From an uncultured Gammaproteobacteria bacterium (GTDB lineage Bacteria > Cyanobacteriota > Vampirovibrionia > Gastranaerophilales > CAZEDP01), in contig CAZXPD010000006.1 in assembly GCA_964643065.1 (NCBI GenBank), positions 552-64,551 on the forward strand: a DNA stretch of 64,000 bases, written 5' to 3'. How positions within the stretch are numbered: position 1 is the stretch's first letter; the number at the start of each line of letters is the position of its first letter. The translations under genes were made by a program, and so were the position numbers. The notes beneath the pieces were generated by a model. It saw only the letters and a list, made by a program, of their open reading frames with translations. It made no database searches and was not told the DNA's origin. This document shows positions 50,257 through 57,575 of this stretch, one piece after another.

Positions 50257-51144
50257 ATGAAAATCCAGGCTTTAAATTTACAGAACAGAAATTTATACCA
50301 AGTCAGAACATTAAAATCCGGTCAAACAAGCTTTGGAGCAAACAATATTGAAGCAATGAAGTTGTCTGCGGGAGCTATTGAAGATATATTGACAAAAAAA
50401 GAATTATTTGGAGATACATTTACTTTTTTAATGAATCCTGAAAAAAAGGACATGCTGGTTGAAATTATTACATTTAGCATTCGAGACAGACAAAGCCAAG
50501 AAGTAATATCAATTTTGAAGGAACTCCAAGTGCTTGTAGATAAGACAAGAAAAGACTTTGAACGGACAATGTTAGGAAAAAGCCCTAAAGACCGTGAACA
50601 AATCCTTAAAGAAATGGAGAAAACGGCAAAAGAAGACGAACATTTCTTAGGAGAAGGATTTATCGAAAATATAATGGGAATTGAAGAAATAAGAACCTTG
50701 CTGCAAGAAGCTAATCCGAAAGGTCAATCGTTTTTTAGCCGCTTGTTAAATAACGGCTTTGAAAGCAGTTTTTCTAATGCAATAACCCATTTTGTAAACT
50801 TGGGGCAAACAGATAAAGCAAAAACAATAATCAGAGCAATAGCTGACAGCTCTATAATAGATAAAGGAATAAACGAATTTTTTGCAAGAGATGTAGAAGC
50901 TGATTTGAAGAGACAATTACTTAGAAGAGCTTCAGAAGAATTGAATTCTATTTCATCAGCAACATTAAACACCGGCGCCGAAGTACCCAACGAATATTTT
51001 GCCGGTTTAATTGCACTATCTAGAGCTTATCCGCCACTTGTAGAACTGGAAAGATCTATTACGCCAAATTCCAGAAATACAGCATTTGCCGAAGCCTTAA
51101 AACCATATTTGCCTAAATATCACCTCATTCCTGGCGTTATATAG
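50257..51144 (+). CDS. Hypothetical helical protein carrying the shared N-terminal motif
   Basis: The ATG at 50257 (MKIQALNLQNRNLYQVRTLKSGQTSFGAN) has AAAGGGA 7 nt upstream. No domain recognised. Confidence 0.5.
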   Translation: MKIQALNLQNRNLYQVRTLKSGQTSFGANNIEAMKLSAGAIEDILTKKELFGDTFTFLMNPEKKDMLVEIITFSIRDRQSQEVISILKELQVLVDKTRKDFERTMLGKSPKDREQILKEMEKTAKEDEHFLGEGFIENIMGIEEIRTLLQEANPKGQSFFSRLLNNGFESSFSNAITHFVNLGQTDKAKTIIRAIADSSIIDKGINEFFARDVEADLKRQLLRRASEELNSISSATLNTGAEVPNEYFAGLIALSRAYPPLVELERSITPNSRNTAFAEALKPYLPKYHLIPGVI

Positions 51145-51181
51145 TTACAAAAACCTCTAAAAATCGCCCGATTAGTTTAAC

Positions 51182-51562
51182 TTACTCTTTATTTAAATAA
51201 ACTTCACAGTTTTGACAGGATTTCAGACACGTTTTTTGCGAAAACTCCCAGCATTTTTTCTTTTGTCCGCTTAATTCACAACATTTAGAATGTTTTTCTT
51301 GCGGACAATTATGTAATTTCCAGCAAGGAGTAAAATCAAGAAGTTTTTTAATTCCGGGAATACTGAGATTTTCCTGATGAATGAGTTTTCTCAAACATTC
51401 AATTCTTACCAAATCATTTTTTGAGAACATTCTCTTTCCGCCAACTCTGTGCGGTTTTATTAAGCCTTCATTTTCATATATTCTCAATGTTCTTGGATGC
51501 ACATTAAGAATATGCGCCGCAACTCCCATAGGATAAACCGGCAAATTTTCATTAACTTCCAT
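51182..51562 (-). CDS. MerR-family transcriptional regulator with a Cys-rich C-terminal domain
   Basis: MerR HTH (YPMGVAAHILNVHPRTLRIYENEGLIKPHRVGGKRMFS) followed by 9 Cys in about 45 aa (CWKLHNCPQEKHSKCCELSGQKKKCWEFSQKTCLKSCQNC). It is divergent from the operon below. Confidence 0.8.
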   Translation of the reverse strand: MEVNENLPVYPMGVAAHILNVHPRTLRIYENEGLIKPHRVGGKRMFSKNDLVRIECLRKLIHQENLSIPGIKKLLDFTPCWKLHNCPQEKHSKCCELSGQKKKCWEFSQKTCLKSCQNCEVYLNKE

Positions 51563-51620
51563 TTTTCAATCTCTGTTGCTGCTTTTAGTATATCAGGAAT
51601 TTTTTATTTTTTAAACTAAG

Positions 51621-51653
51621 TTGACAATTACAATTGTCAAGTGATATTATAAT
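51621..51653 (+). promoter_or_regulatory. Palindromic operator overlapping a candidate promoter of the NifX-like operon
   Basis: TTGACAATT-AC-AATTGTCAA (51621-51640) is a perfect 9-bp inverted repeat that begins with a consensus -35 TTGACA. TATTATAAT (51645-51653) supplies -10 boxes 18 or 21 nt downstream. Confidence 0.55.
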
Positions 51654-51679
51654 CTTAGTTATCATAATAGGAAAAATAT

Positions 51680-52042
51680 ATGAAAATAGCAATCAGTTCT
51701 ACGGGCGATAGCTTAGACAGCAATATTGATTTGAGGTTCGGAAGAGCTTGCGGATTTATCATTTACGATATTGAAAATGATACTTTCAATTTTGCAAATA
51801 ATAATCAAAATTTAAACGCCCCGCAAGGCGCCGGTATTCAGGCTGCTCAAACTGTTGCAAATCAAAATGCAGATGCAGTAATAACAGGACATTGCGGTCC
51901 CAAAGCCTTTAAAGTTTTAATTGATGCAGGAGTAAAAATTTATACAGGTGCCGAAGGAACGGTAAAAGAAACTGTGGAAAAATTTAAGAAAGGTGAACTT
52001 AAAGAAGCTCTTTCAGCTGATGTTGAAGGACATTGGATTTAA
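51680..52042 (+). CDS. NifX/NifB-C-terminal-like (dinitrogenase FeMo-cofactor-binding family) small protein
   Basis: MKIAISS...FGRACGFIIYD...AVITGHCGPKAFKVLIDAGVKIY is typical of the standalone PF02579/COG1433 type. Confidence 0.75.
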   Translation: MKIAISSTGDSLDSNIDLRFGRACGFIIYDIENDTFNFANNNQNLNAPQGAGIQAAQTVANQNADAVITGHCGPKAFKVLIDAGVKIYTGAEGTVKETVEKFKKGELKEALSADVEGHWI

Positions 52043-52076
52043 ATTAAATTACTTTTAAACTAAAGAGGTATATATT

Positions 52077-52391
52077 ATGCCAAGAAGAGACGGTACGGGA
52101 CCATTAGGGATGGGTCCTATGACAGGCAGAGGATTAGGGAATTGTTCAGCAAGCGCAGTGATGCCAGCTGAAGGATTCGCAAAAATGTTCGGATTTGGAC
52201 GCAGAGCAGGACGAGGATTCGGTTGCGGTTTCGGCAGAGGTTTCGGATTTCGACGCAACGGATTCTTTGGTTCCGACGGTTTTTCCGTTACCCCTGATGA
52301 AGAACTTTCCGTGCTTAAAAATCAGGAAAACGTTATTGAAAATACTTTAAAAAATATTAAAGAACGGATTTCCGAATTAGAAAAAGAATAA
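52077..52391 (+). CDS. DUF5320-family protein
   Basis: MPRRDGTGPLGMGPMTGRGLGNC N-terminus, a Gly/Arg/Phe-rich centre and a C-terminal coiled coil (LKNIKERISELEKE). SD AAAGAGGT. Confidence 0.7.
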   Translation: MPRRDGTGPLGMGPMTGRGLGNCSASAVMPAEGFAKMFGFGRRAGRGFGCGFGRGFGFRRNGFFGSDGFSVTPDEELSVLKNQENVIENTLKNIKERISELEKE

Positions 52392-52414
52392 AAGACAAAG
52401 AAAGGAGGTAAATC

Positions 52415-52618
52415 ATGCTCGGAGGAGACAGAACAGGACCATTAGGAAAAGGACCAGGAACCGGCAGAGACTTAGGACATTGCAATGCTCAAAAGAGTGA
52501 TGATACTTCCGGTTCAAATAGACCTCGAAGAAGAGCAGGAAGACAAGACTTAGAAAGAACTCCCAAAGAAGACGAATTTGCCAAAAATACTTCTGAAACC
52601 GAAGGTACGGATGCATAA
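52415..52618 (+). CDS. Short divergent DUF5320-like paralogue
   Basis: MLGGDRTGPLGKGPGTGRDLGHCN aligns with the N-terminus of the preceding gene. Strong SD AAAGGAGGT. It lacks the coiled coil. Confidence 0.6.
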   Translation: MLGGDRTGPLGKGPGTGRDLGHCNAQKSDDTSGSNRPRRRAGRQDLERTPKEDEFAKNTSETEGTDA

Positions 52619-52646
52619 TGAGTTTGTCTTGAAAACTGTTACTGAA

Positions 52647-52687
52647 TACAAGCTGTAAGTTATACTGAACAAACTTTACAGCTTGTA
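52647..52687 (+). other. Intra-operon stem-loop
   Basis: TACAAGCTGTAA (52647-52658) and TTACAGCTTGTA (52676-52687) form a perfect 12-bp inverted repeat with a 17-nt loop. No clear T-run follows. Confidence 0.5.
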
Positions 52688-52720
52688 GTGTTTAATACAA
52701 TAAATGCAAAGAAGGATAGA

Positions 52721-53569
52721 ATGAAAATAGCAGTAGCCAGCGGAAAAGGAGGAACGGGTAAAAGTACGGTATCAACCAACCTGGCATATCTTCTTTCAAA
52801 AACATATAAAGATGTTTGTTTGTTGGATTGTGATGTTGAAGAACCCAATTGTCATATTTTTGTAAAACCTGTTTTAAACTTCAGCGAATCTGTATATGTT
52901 CCCATACCTCAAATAAATACGGAAAAATGCATACAATGCGGCAAATGTGCAGAAGTTTGCCAATATAATGCTCTGGCTTTCGTAAAAGGTAAAGTCCTTG
53001 TTTTCTCTGAGCTTTGTCACGGCTGTGGAAGCTGTACTTTAATTTGTCCGTCAAATGCTATAACAGAAACAGGAAGAGAAGTAGGTGTCATTGAAGCCGG
53101 AATGGCAACCGGTTTTAATTTTATACACGGGAAATCTAGAATTGGTGAGGCTATGTCTCCACCTCTTATCAAAGCAGTAAAAAAAGCTGCCGACAAAGAA
53201 AATTTCAAATTTCAAATTCTTGATTGTCCACCTGGAACATCCTGCCCGGTAATTGCAGCCGTTAACGGTGCCGACTTTGTATTCATGGTTACAGAACCAA
53301 CTCCTTTCGGACTTTATGATTTAAAACTTGCGGTTGAAGTAATGAAAAAGTTGGGTTTGCCTTTCGGAATAGTTTTAAACCGTTCGGGAGAAAATGACGG
53401 TTTAATTGAAGAGTACGCAAAAGAAGAAAATATAAAAATACTGACTAAGATTCCTGATGACAGAAAAATAGCAGAATGTTACTCAAAAGGAGAACTCGTC
53501 ATTAAGTGCTTACCAAATTATATAGAAGCTTTTGAACCTCTTGTTAAAGTTGTCAGGGAGAGAAAATAA
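52721..53569 (+). CDS. MinD/ParA-superfamily P-loop ATPase with an inserted 2x[4Fe-4S] ferredoxin domain (COG1149 type)
   Basis: ASGKGGTGKST deviant Walker A, plus CIQCGKCAEVC and CHGCGSCTLICP. The ATG at 52721 has AAGAAGGA upstream. Confidence 0.8.
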   Translation: MKIAVASGKGGTGKSTVSTNLAYLLSKTYKDVCLLDCDVEEPNCHIFVKPVLNFSESVYVPIPQINTEKCIQCGKCAEVCQYNALAFVKGKVLVFSELCHGCGSCTLICPSNAITETGREVGVIEAGMATGFNFIHGKSRIGEAMSPPLIKAVKKAADKENFKFQILDCPPGTSCPVIAAVNGADFVFMVTEPTPFGLYDLKLAVEVMKKLGLPFGIVLNRSGENDGLIEEYAKEENIKILTKIPDDRKIAECYSKGELVIKCLPNYIEAFEPLVKVVRERK

Positions 53570-53571
53570 AT

Positions 53572-54438
53572 ATGAAAGAACTGGTAATAATAAGCGGTAA
53601 AGGCGGAACGGGTAAAACAAGCATTGTAGCATCATTTGCCACTCTGGCTGAAAATAAAATAATGGTTGATTGTGACGTTGATGCAGCCGATTTACATTTG
53701 ATTCTTAAGCCCGAAGTACAAAAAACAACAGAATTTTATTCAGGCAAAAATGCTGAAATACAATCCGATGTTTGCATTAAGTGTGGAAAGTGCATTGAGG
53801 TTTGCAGATTCGATGCAATATCCGCTGACTTTGTGGTAGATGAAATTAAATGTGAAGGATGCGGAACTTGCTATTATCAATGTCCTGCCGGAGCTATAAA
53901 ATTTGAGCAGGTCAAATCAGGTGAATGGTTTGATTCCAATACAAGATTTGGAAAGCTTATTCACGCAAAACTTGGTATAGCAGAAGAAAACTCGGGAAAA
54001 CTCGTTTCTGAAATCAAAACTTATGCCAGATATACAGCAAGAGAAAATAATATTAATCTTATAATAGTTGACGGTTCGCCCGGTATAGGATGTCCTGTTA
54101 TAGCTTCAATTTCAGGAGCTCATCTTGTAGTAATAGTAACAGAACCTACTTTATCCGGTATTCATGATGCAAAGAGAGTCTTAGAACTGACTAAACACTT
54201 TAAAATCCCTTCCTGTATCTGTATTAATAAATATGATATTAACCCCGAGTTAACTGAAAAAATTAAAGCTTTTTGCAATGAAAACGATATTGAACTGATT
54301 GGAAAAATACCTTACAGTTCAGATTTTACTAAAGCAATGATAAAAGCTTTAAGTATTGTTGAATATGTGCCTAACAGCGAAATTTCCAATAACATAATGG
54401 CTATATGGAATAGAATTTGTTCAAAATTGGAAATTTAA
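53572..54438 (+). CDS. Second MinD/ParA-ferredoxin ATPase (paralogue)
   Basis: SGKGGTGKTS, CIKCGKCIEVC and CEGCGTCYYQCP. It starts 2 nt after the preceding stop. Confidence 0.8.
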   Translation: MKELVIISGKGGTGKTSIVASFATLAENKIMVDCDVDAADLHLILKPEVQKTTEFYSGKNAEIQSDVCIKCGKCIEVCRFDAISADFVVDEIKCEGCGTCYYQCPAGAIKFEQVKSGEWFDSNTRFGKLIHAKLGIAEENSGKLVSEIKTYARYTARENNINLIIVDGSPGIGCPVIASISGAHLVVIVTEPTLSGIHDAKRVLELTKHFKIPSCICINKYDINPELTEKIKAFCNENDIELIGKIPYSSDFTKAMIKALSIVEYVPNSEISNNIMAIWNRICSKLEI

Positions 54439-54470
54439 AGTTTGAGTTTATTTCACCAAGGAGAAAAGAA

Positions 54471-55625
54471 GTGGAAAATGATATTCAAAACAAATTAAGC
54501 AAAATTACAAGCAAAATCGTTGTTATGTCAGGGAAAGGAGGAGTAGGTAAAAGCACGGTTGCAGCTAATATTGCAATGTCACTTGCTCTTAAAGGTCACA
54601 AAACAGGACTTCTTGACGTTGACATTCATGGTCCGAGTATTCCAACGATATTTGGACTTGAGAATCAAAGACTTCAGGGAACTGAAGACACAATGTTTCC
54701 TGTAGGATTTGGTGAAAATTTAAAAATTATTTCAATTGGCTTTTTAATTGACAACACAAATAGCGCAATTATCTGGAGGGGACCTGCAAAAACCGGTATC
54801 ATTCAACAATTTATAAAAGATGTTGAATGGGGAGAGCTCGATTATTTGATAATTGATTGCCCTCCGGGTACAGGCGATGAACCTCTTAGTATAATTCAAA
54901 TTATTGAACACGTTACCGGAGCCGTTATTGTCACTACTCCTCAAAAACTGGCAATTACAGATGTAAAAAAATCAATAAATTTCTGTAAAAAACTTGAAGT
55001 ACCTGTAATTGGCGTTATAGAAAATATGAGCGGTTTTATATGTCCGGAATGCAATAAAACTGTTGATATCTTTAAATCAGGCGGTGGCGAAAATATGGCA
55101 CATGATATGCATGTTCCGTTTTTAGGCAAAATCCCGCTTGACCCTAATATTGTTGAGGCAGGAGATTCGGGAAAGCCTTTCTTGTACTTCTACTCAGAAA
55201 CTCAAACAGCTAAAATTATGGAAAATATCATAGAACCTATAATCGAATTTAGAAATAAAAAGTTATCACAAAAGGAGAATAAAACAATGAAATTTGCCAT
55301 CCCGACAAACAGCGGGAAATTATGCCTTCACTTTGGACATTGTGAAGTATTTACATTTATCGAAGTTGATGAAGTATCCAAAACTATCATCAGTAAAGAA
55401 GAAATAATACCTCCGCCTCATGAACCCGGTATTTTACCTCCATGGGTTTCTAACCATGGCGCAAAAATTATTATTGCAGGAGGCATGGGGTCTCGGGCTC
55501 AACAATTATTTGTAAAAGAAGGAATTAAAGTTATAGTTGGCGCAAAAGAAGATAATCCCGAAAAACTTGTTCTTGATTATTTGGAAGGCACTTTGAAAAC
55601 GGGCGTAAATGCTTGCGAGCACTAG
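54471..55625 (+). CDS. Mrp/NBP35/ApbC-type Fe-S cluster carrier ATPase fused to a C-terminal NifX-like domain
   Basis: SGKGGVGKST and CPECN (the CxxC of the Mrp family). The C-terminal 110 aa (MKFAIPTN...HFGHCEVFTFIEV...KIIIAGGMG) resemble the gene at 51680. I prefer the GTG at 54471, which has AAGGAG 6 nt upstream. Confidence 0.75.
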   Translation: MENDIQNKLSKITSKIVVMSGKGGVGKSTVAANIAMSLALKGHKTGLLDVDIHGPSIPTIFGLENQRLQGTEDTMFPVGFGENLKIISIGFLIDNTNSAIIWRGPAKTGIIQQFIKDVEWGELDYLIIDCPPGTGDEPLSIIQIIEHVTGAVIVTTPQKLAITDVKKSINFCKKLEVPVIGVIENMSGFICPECNKTVDIFKSGGGENMAHDMHVPFLGKIPLDPNIVEAGDSGKPFLYFYSETQTAKIMENIIEPIIEFRNKKLSQKENKTMKFAIPTNSGKLCLHFGHCEVFTFIEVDEVSKTIISKEEIIPPPHEPGILPPWVSNHGAKIIIAGGMGSRAQQLFVKEGIKVIVGAKEDNPEKLVLDYLEGTLKTGVNACEH

Positions 55626-55646
55626 TTTTAACAGAAAGGAGACAAA

Positions 55647-55838
55647 ATGTCTGATTGTGAATTCTTAGAAAAATGTCCTATTTTTGCAAGATTTAGCAGT
55701 GAAGGTACAGCAAACTATTGGATAAACATGTTTTGCAAAGGTAAAAATGAAAAATGTGAGAGAAAGAAACTCCGTTTAGCCGGACAAGAAGTACCTCAAA
55801 CAATGCTTCCAAACGGTACACATTTAAAAAATGCGTAA
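55647..55838 (+). CDS. Small Cys-rich protein (63 aa)
   Basis: Strong SD GAAAGGAGA. Sequence is MSDCEFLEKCPIFARF...NMFCKGKNEKCERKK, with four Cys in C-x5-C-P and C-x6-C arrangements. Confidence 0.6.
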   Translation: MSDCEFLEKCPIFARFSSEGTANYWINMFCKGKNEKCERKKLRLAGQEVPQTMLPNGTHLKNA

Positions 55839-55873
55839 TAAACAATATGATTGCTGAGTAGTTGGAGTTGAAA

Positions 55874-56965
55874 ATGTCAAATACGGTATTAGAACTTGAA
55901 TCAAGAAATAAGTTTACATTAGACAGGATAAAATATTTTGGCCATTTAATAGGCGGTGTAACTACCGCCTTAAATAGTAGATTTTTCGCAAGAAGACCAA
56001 AACCATTTACTTTTTCTCATATGGTAACAAGTAAATGTAACTGCAATTGTTCTTTCTGCTTCTGGAAACATCATAAAGATAATGAAGATCTTTCACTATC
56101 TGAAATCCAAAGAATTTACGCTGAAGCCAAAAAAGAGGGCTATATGAACAGCATTCTTTGGGGCGGAGAACCACTATTAAGAGAAGATTTTACAGAAATA
56201 GCAAAAGCCTCTCATGATAATAGTATGTATACTAAAATAGCAACAAACGGTTGGTTTTTGGAAGAAAATCACGAATTCGGCAAATATACGGATCTTATTT
56301 TTGTATCCGTTGATGCGATTGGAGAAAAACATGATATAGCAAGAGGTAATAAGCATGGTTTGTACAACAGATGTATAAGCGGAATAGAATTTCATAAGAA
56401 AAAATATCCCAAAATGCGGATATACATCTGTTGTACTGTTTCTAAAGAGAATTCTCTCGAAGATTTAACTGAAATAGCACAACTCTGCAAGGATCTTGAT
56501 ATTTTGCTTTATTTCACTGTAAATAAGAGCTATCAGGATTTTAGCAAATGGGAAGGGAAAAACGGATTAACAGAGCTGGAATATGAAGAAGAAAAACTTT
56601 CTGAAATATTTAAAGGTTTAAAATCTCTAAAAAAACAAGGATATCCAATAAGAAACTCTTATTATTTTATGGAATATCTAATTGATAAGAAAAATTACTA
56701 TGAATGCCACTGGCCTCAGGTAGCAACTGTTATGTATTCCAACGGAATTCTTTTAAGGTGCTATGACAGAAAACCGATGGAAAATCTTGATCTTAGAAAA
56801 ATGTCACTTGGTAAGGCTTTAAGGTCAAAAGAATTTGTTGATACAGTAAATTCCTGTAAAGACTGTAAATTTTCTTGTGTAGGAAATTATGCTCTTGATG
56901 CTTCGGGAATATGGAGGCTTGATTGGCCTGCCATTAAATCTATTGCCGAAATTGCCATTACATAA
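55874..56965 (+). CDS. Radical SAM protein with a C-terminal Cys cluster
   Basis: CNCNCSFC contains CX3CX2C, and there is a GGEPLL motif. C-terminal cysteines are CHWP...C...CKDCKFSC. The ATG at 55874 has TGGAG upstream. Confidence 0.75.
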   Translation: MSNTVLELESRNKFTLDRIKYFGHLIGGVTTALNSRFFARRPKPFTFSHMVTSKCNCNCSFCFWKHHKDNEDLSLSEIQRIYAEAKKEGYMNSILWGGEPLLREDFTEIAKASHDNSMYTKIATNGWFLEENHEFGKYTDLIFVSVDAIGEKHDIARGNKHGLYNRCISGIEFHKKKYPKMRIYICCTVSKENSLEDLTEIAQLCKDLDILLYFTVNKSYQDFSKWEGKNGLTELEYEEEKLSEIFKGLKSLKKQGYPIRNSYYFMEYLIDKKNYYECHWPQVATVMYSNGILLRCYDRKPMENLDLRKMSLGKALRSKEFVDTVNSCKDCKFSCVGNYALDASGIWRLDWPAIKSIAEIAIT

Positions 56966-56975
56966 AGGACTAATT

Positions 56976-57575
56976 ATGAGTGAATACAGAATTAAACATG
57001 ATCATGGCGGAATAGAGAGACAAAAAGAAGGAATATCAAGCATTGCAAAGTTTGATTCAAATATTCTTTTTAAAGAATTAAATCTGAAAAAAGGTGATTA
57101 TTTTTTGGATATTGGCTGTGGTGCAGGTGATTATTCATTTTATGCGAGCAAATTAGTAGGCAATTCAGGTTTTATTTATGCCCTGGAACATTGGAAAGAA
57201 TTAACCGCCAAAATAAATAATAAAATTAAATCTGCAAATATTAAAAATATGACAGCTGTTTATGCTGATATTAGAAAAAATATTCCATTAAGCGATAATA
57301 GTATAGATATTTGTTTAATTGCATTGGTTTTGCATGGTTTTGATCTTGAAAAATACGAAAAGGAACTGTTTTCTGAAATTTATCGTGTATTAAAATCCGA
57401 AGGTCGTTTAGCAGTGATAGAAATGAAAAAAGACTTTAGTTCTCCAACTCATCCTGAACATATAAGATTATCAGCAAAAGAAATTGAAAACCTCATTGCT
57501 AAATATAACTTCAAACAAACTAATTATATTGATTTAGGTGACTTTTATATGACTCAATTTGGTATAAATAAATGA
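56976..57575 (+). CDS. Class I SAM-dependent methyltransferase
   Basis: Motif I LDIGCGAGDYS and the post-I/II pattern. The ATG at 56976 has AAGGA upstream. Confidence 0.7.
   Translation: MSEYRIKHDHGGIERQKEGISSIAKFDSNILFKELNLKKGDYFLDIGCGAGDYSFYASKLVGNSGFIYALEHWKELTAKINNKIKSANIKNMTAVYADIRKNIPLSDNSIDICLIALVLHGFDLEKYEKELFSEIYRVLKSEGRLAVIEMKKDFSSPTHPEHIRLSAKEIENLIAKYNFKQTNYIDLGDFYMTQFGINK

Noticed and set aside
52055-52616. Pro/Arg-rich antisense ORFs (52055..52258 and 52413..52616) opposite the DUF5320 genes.
   Set aside because: They are reverse-complement shadows of the Gly/Arg-rich sense frames. The sense genes have strong SD sequences and a recognisable family signature.
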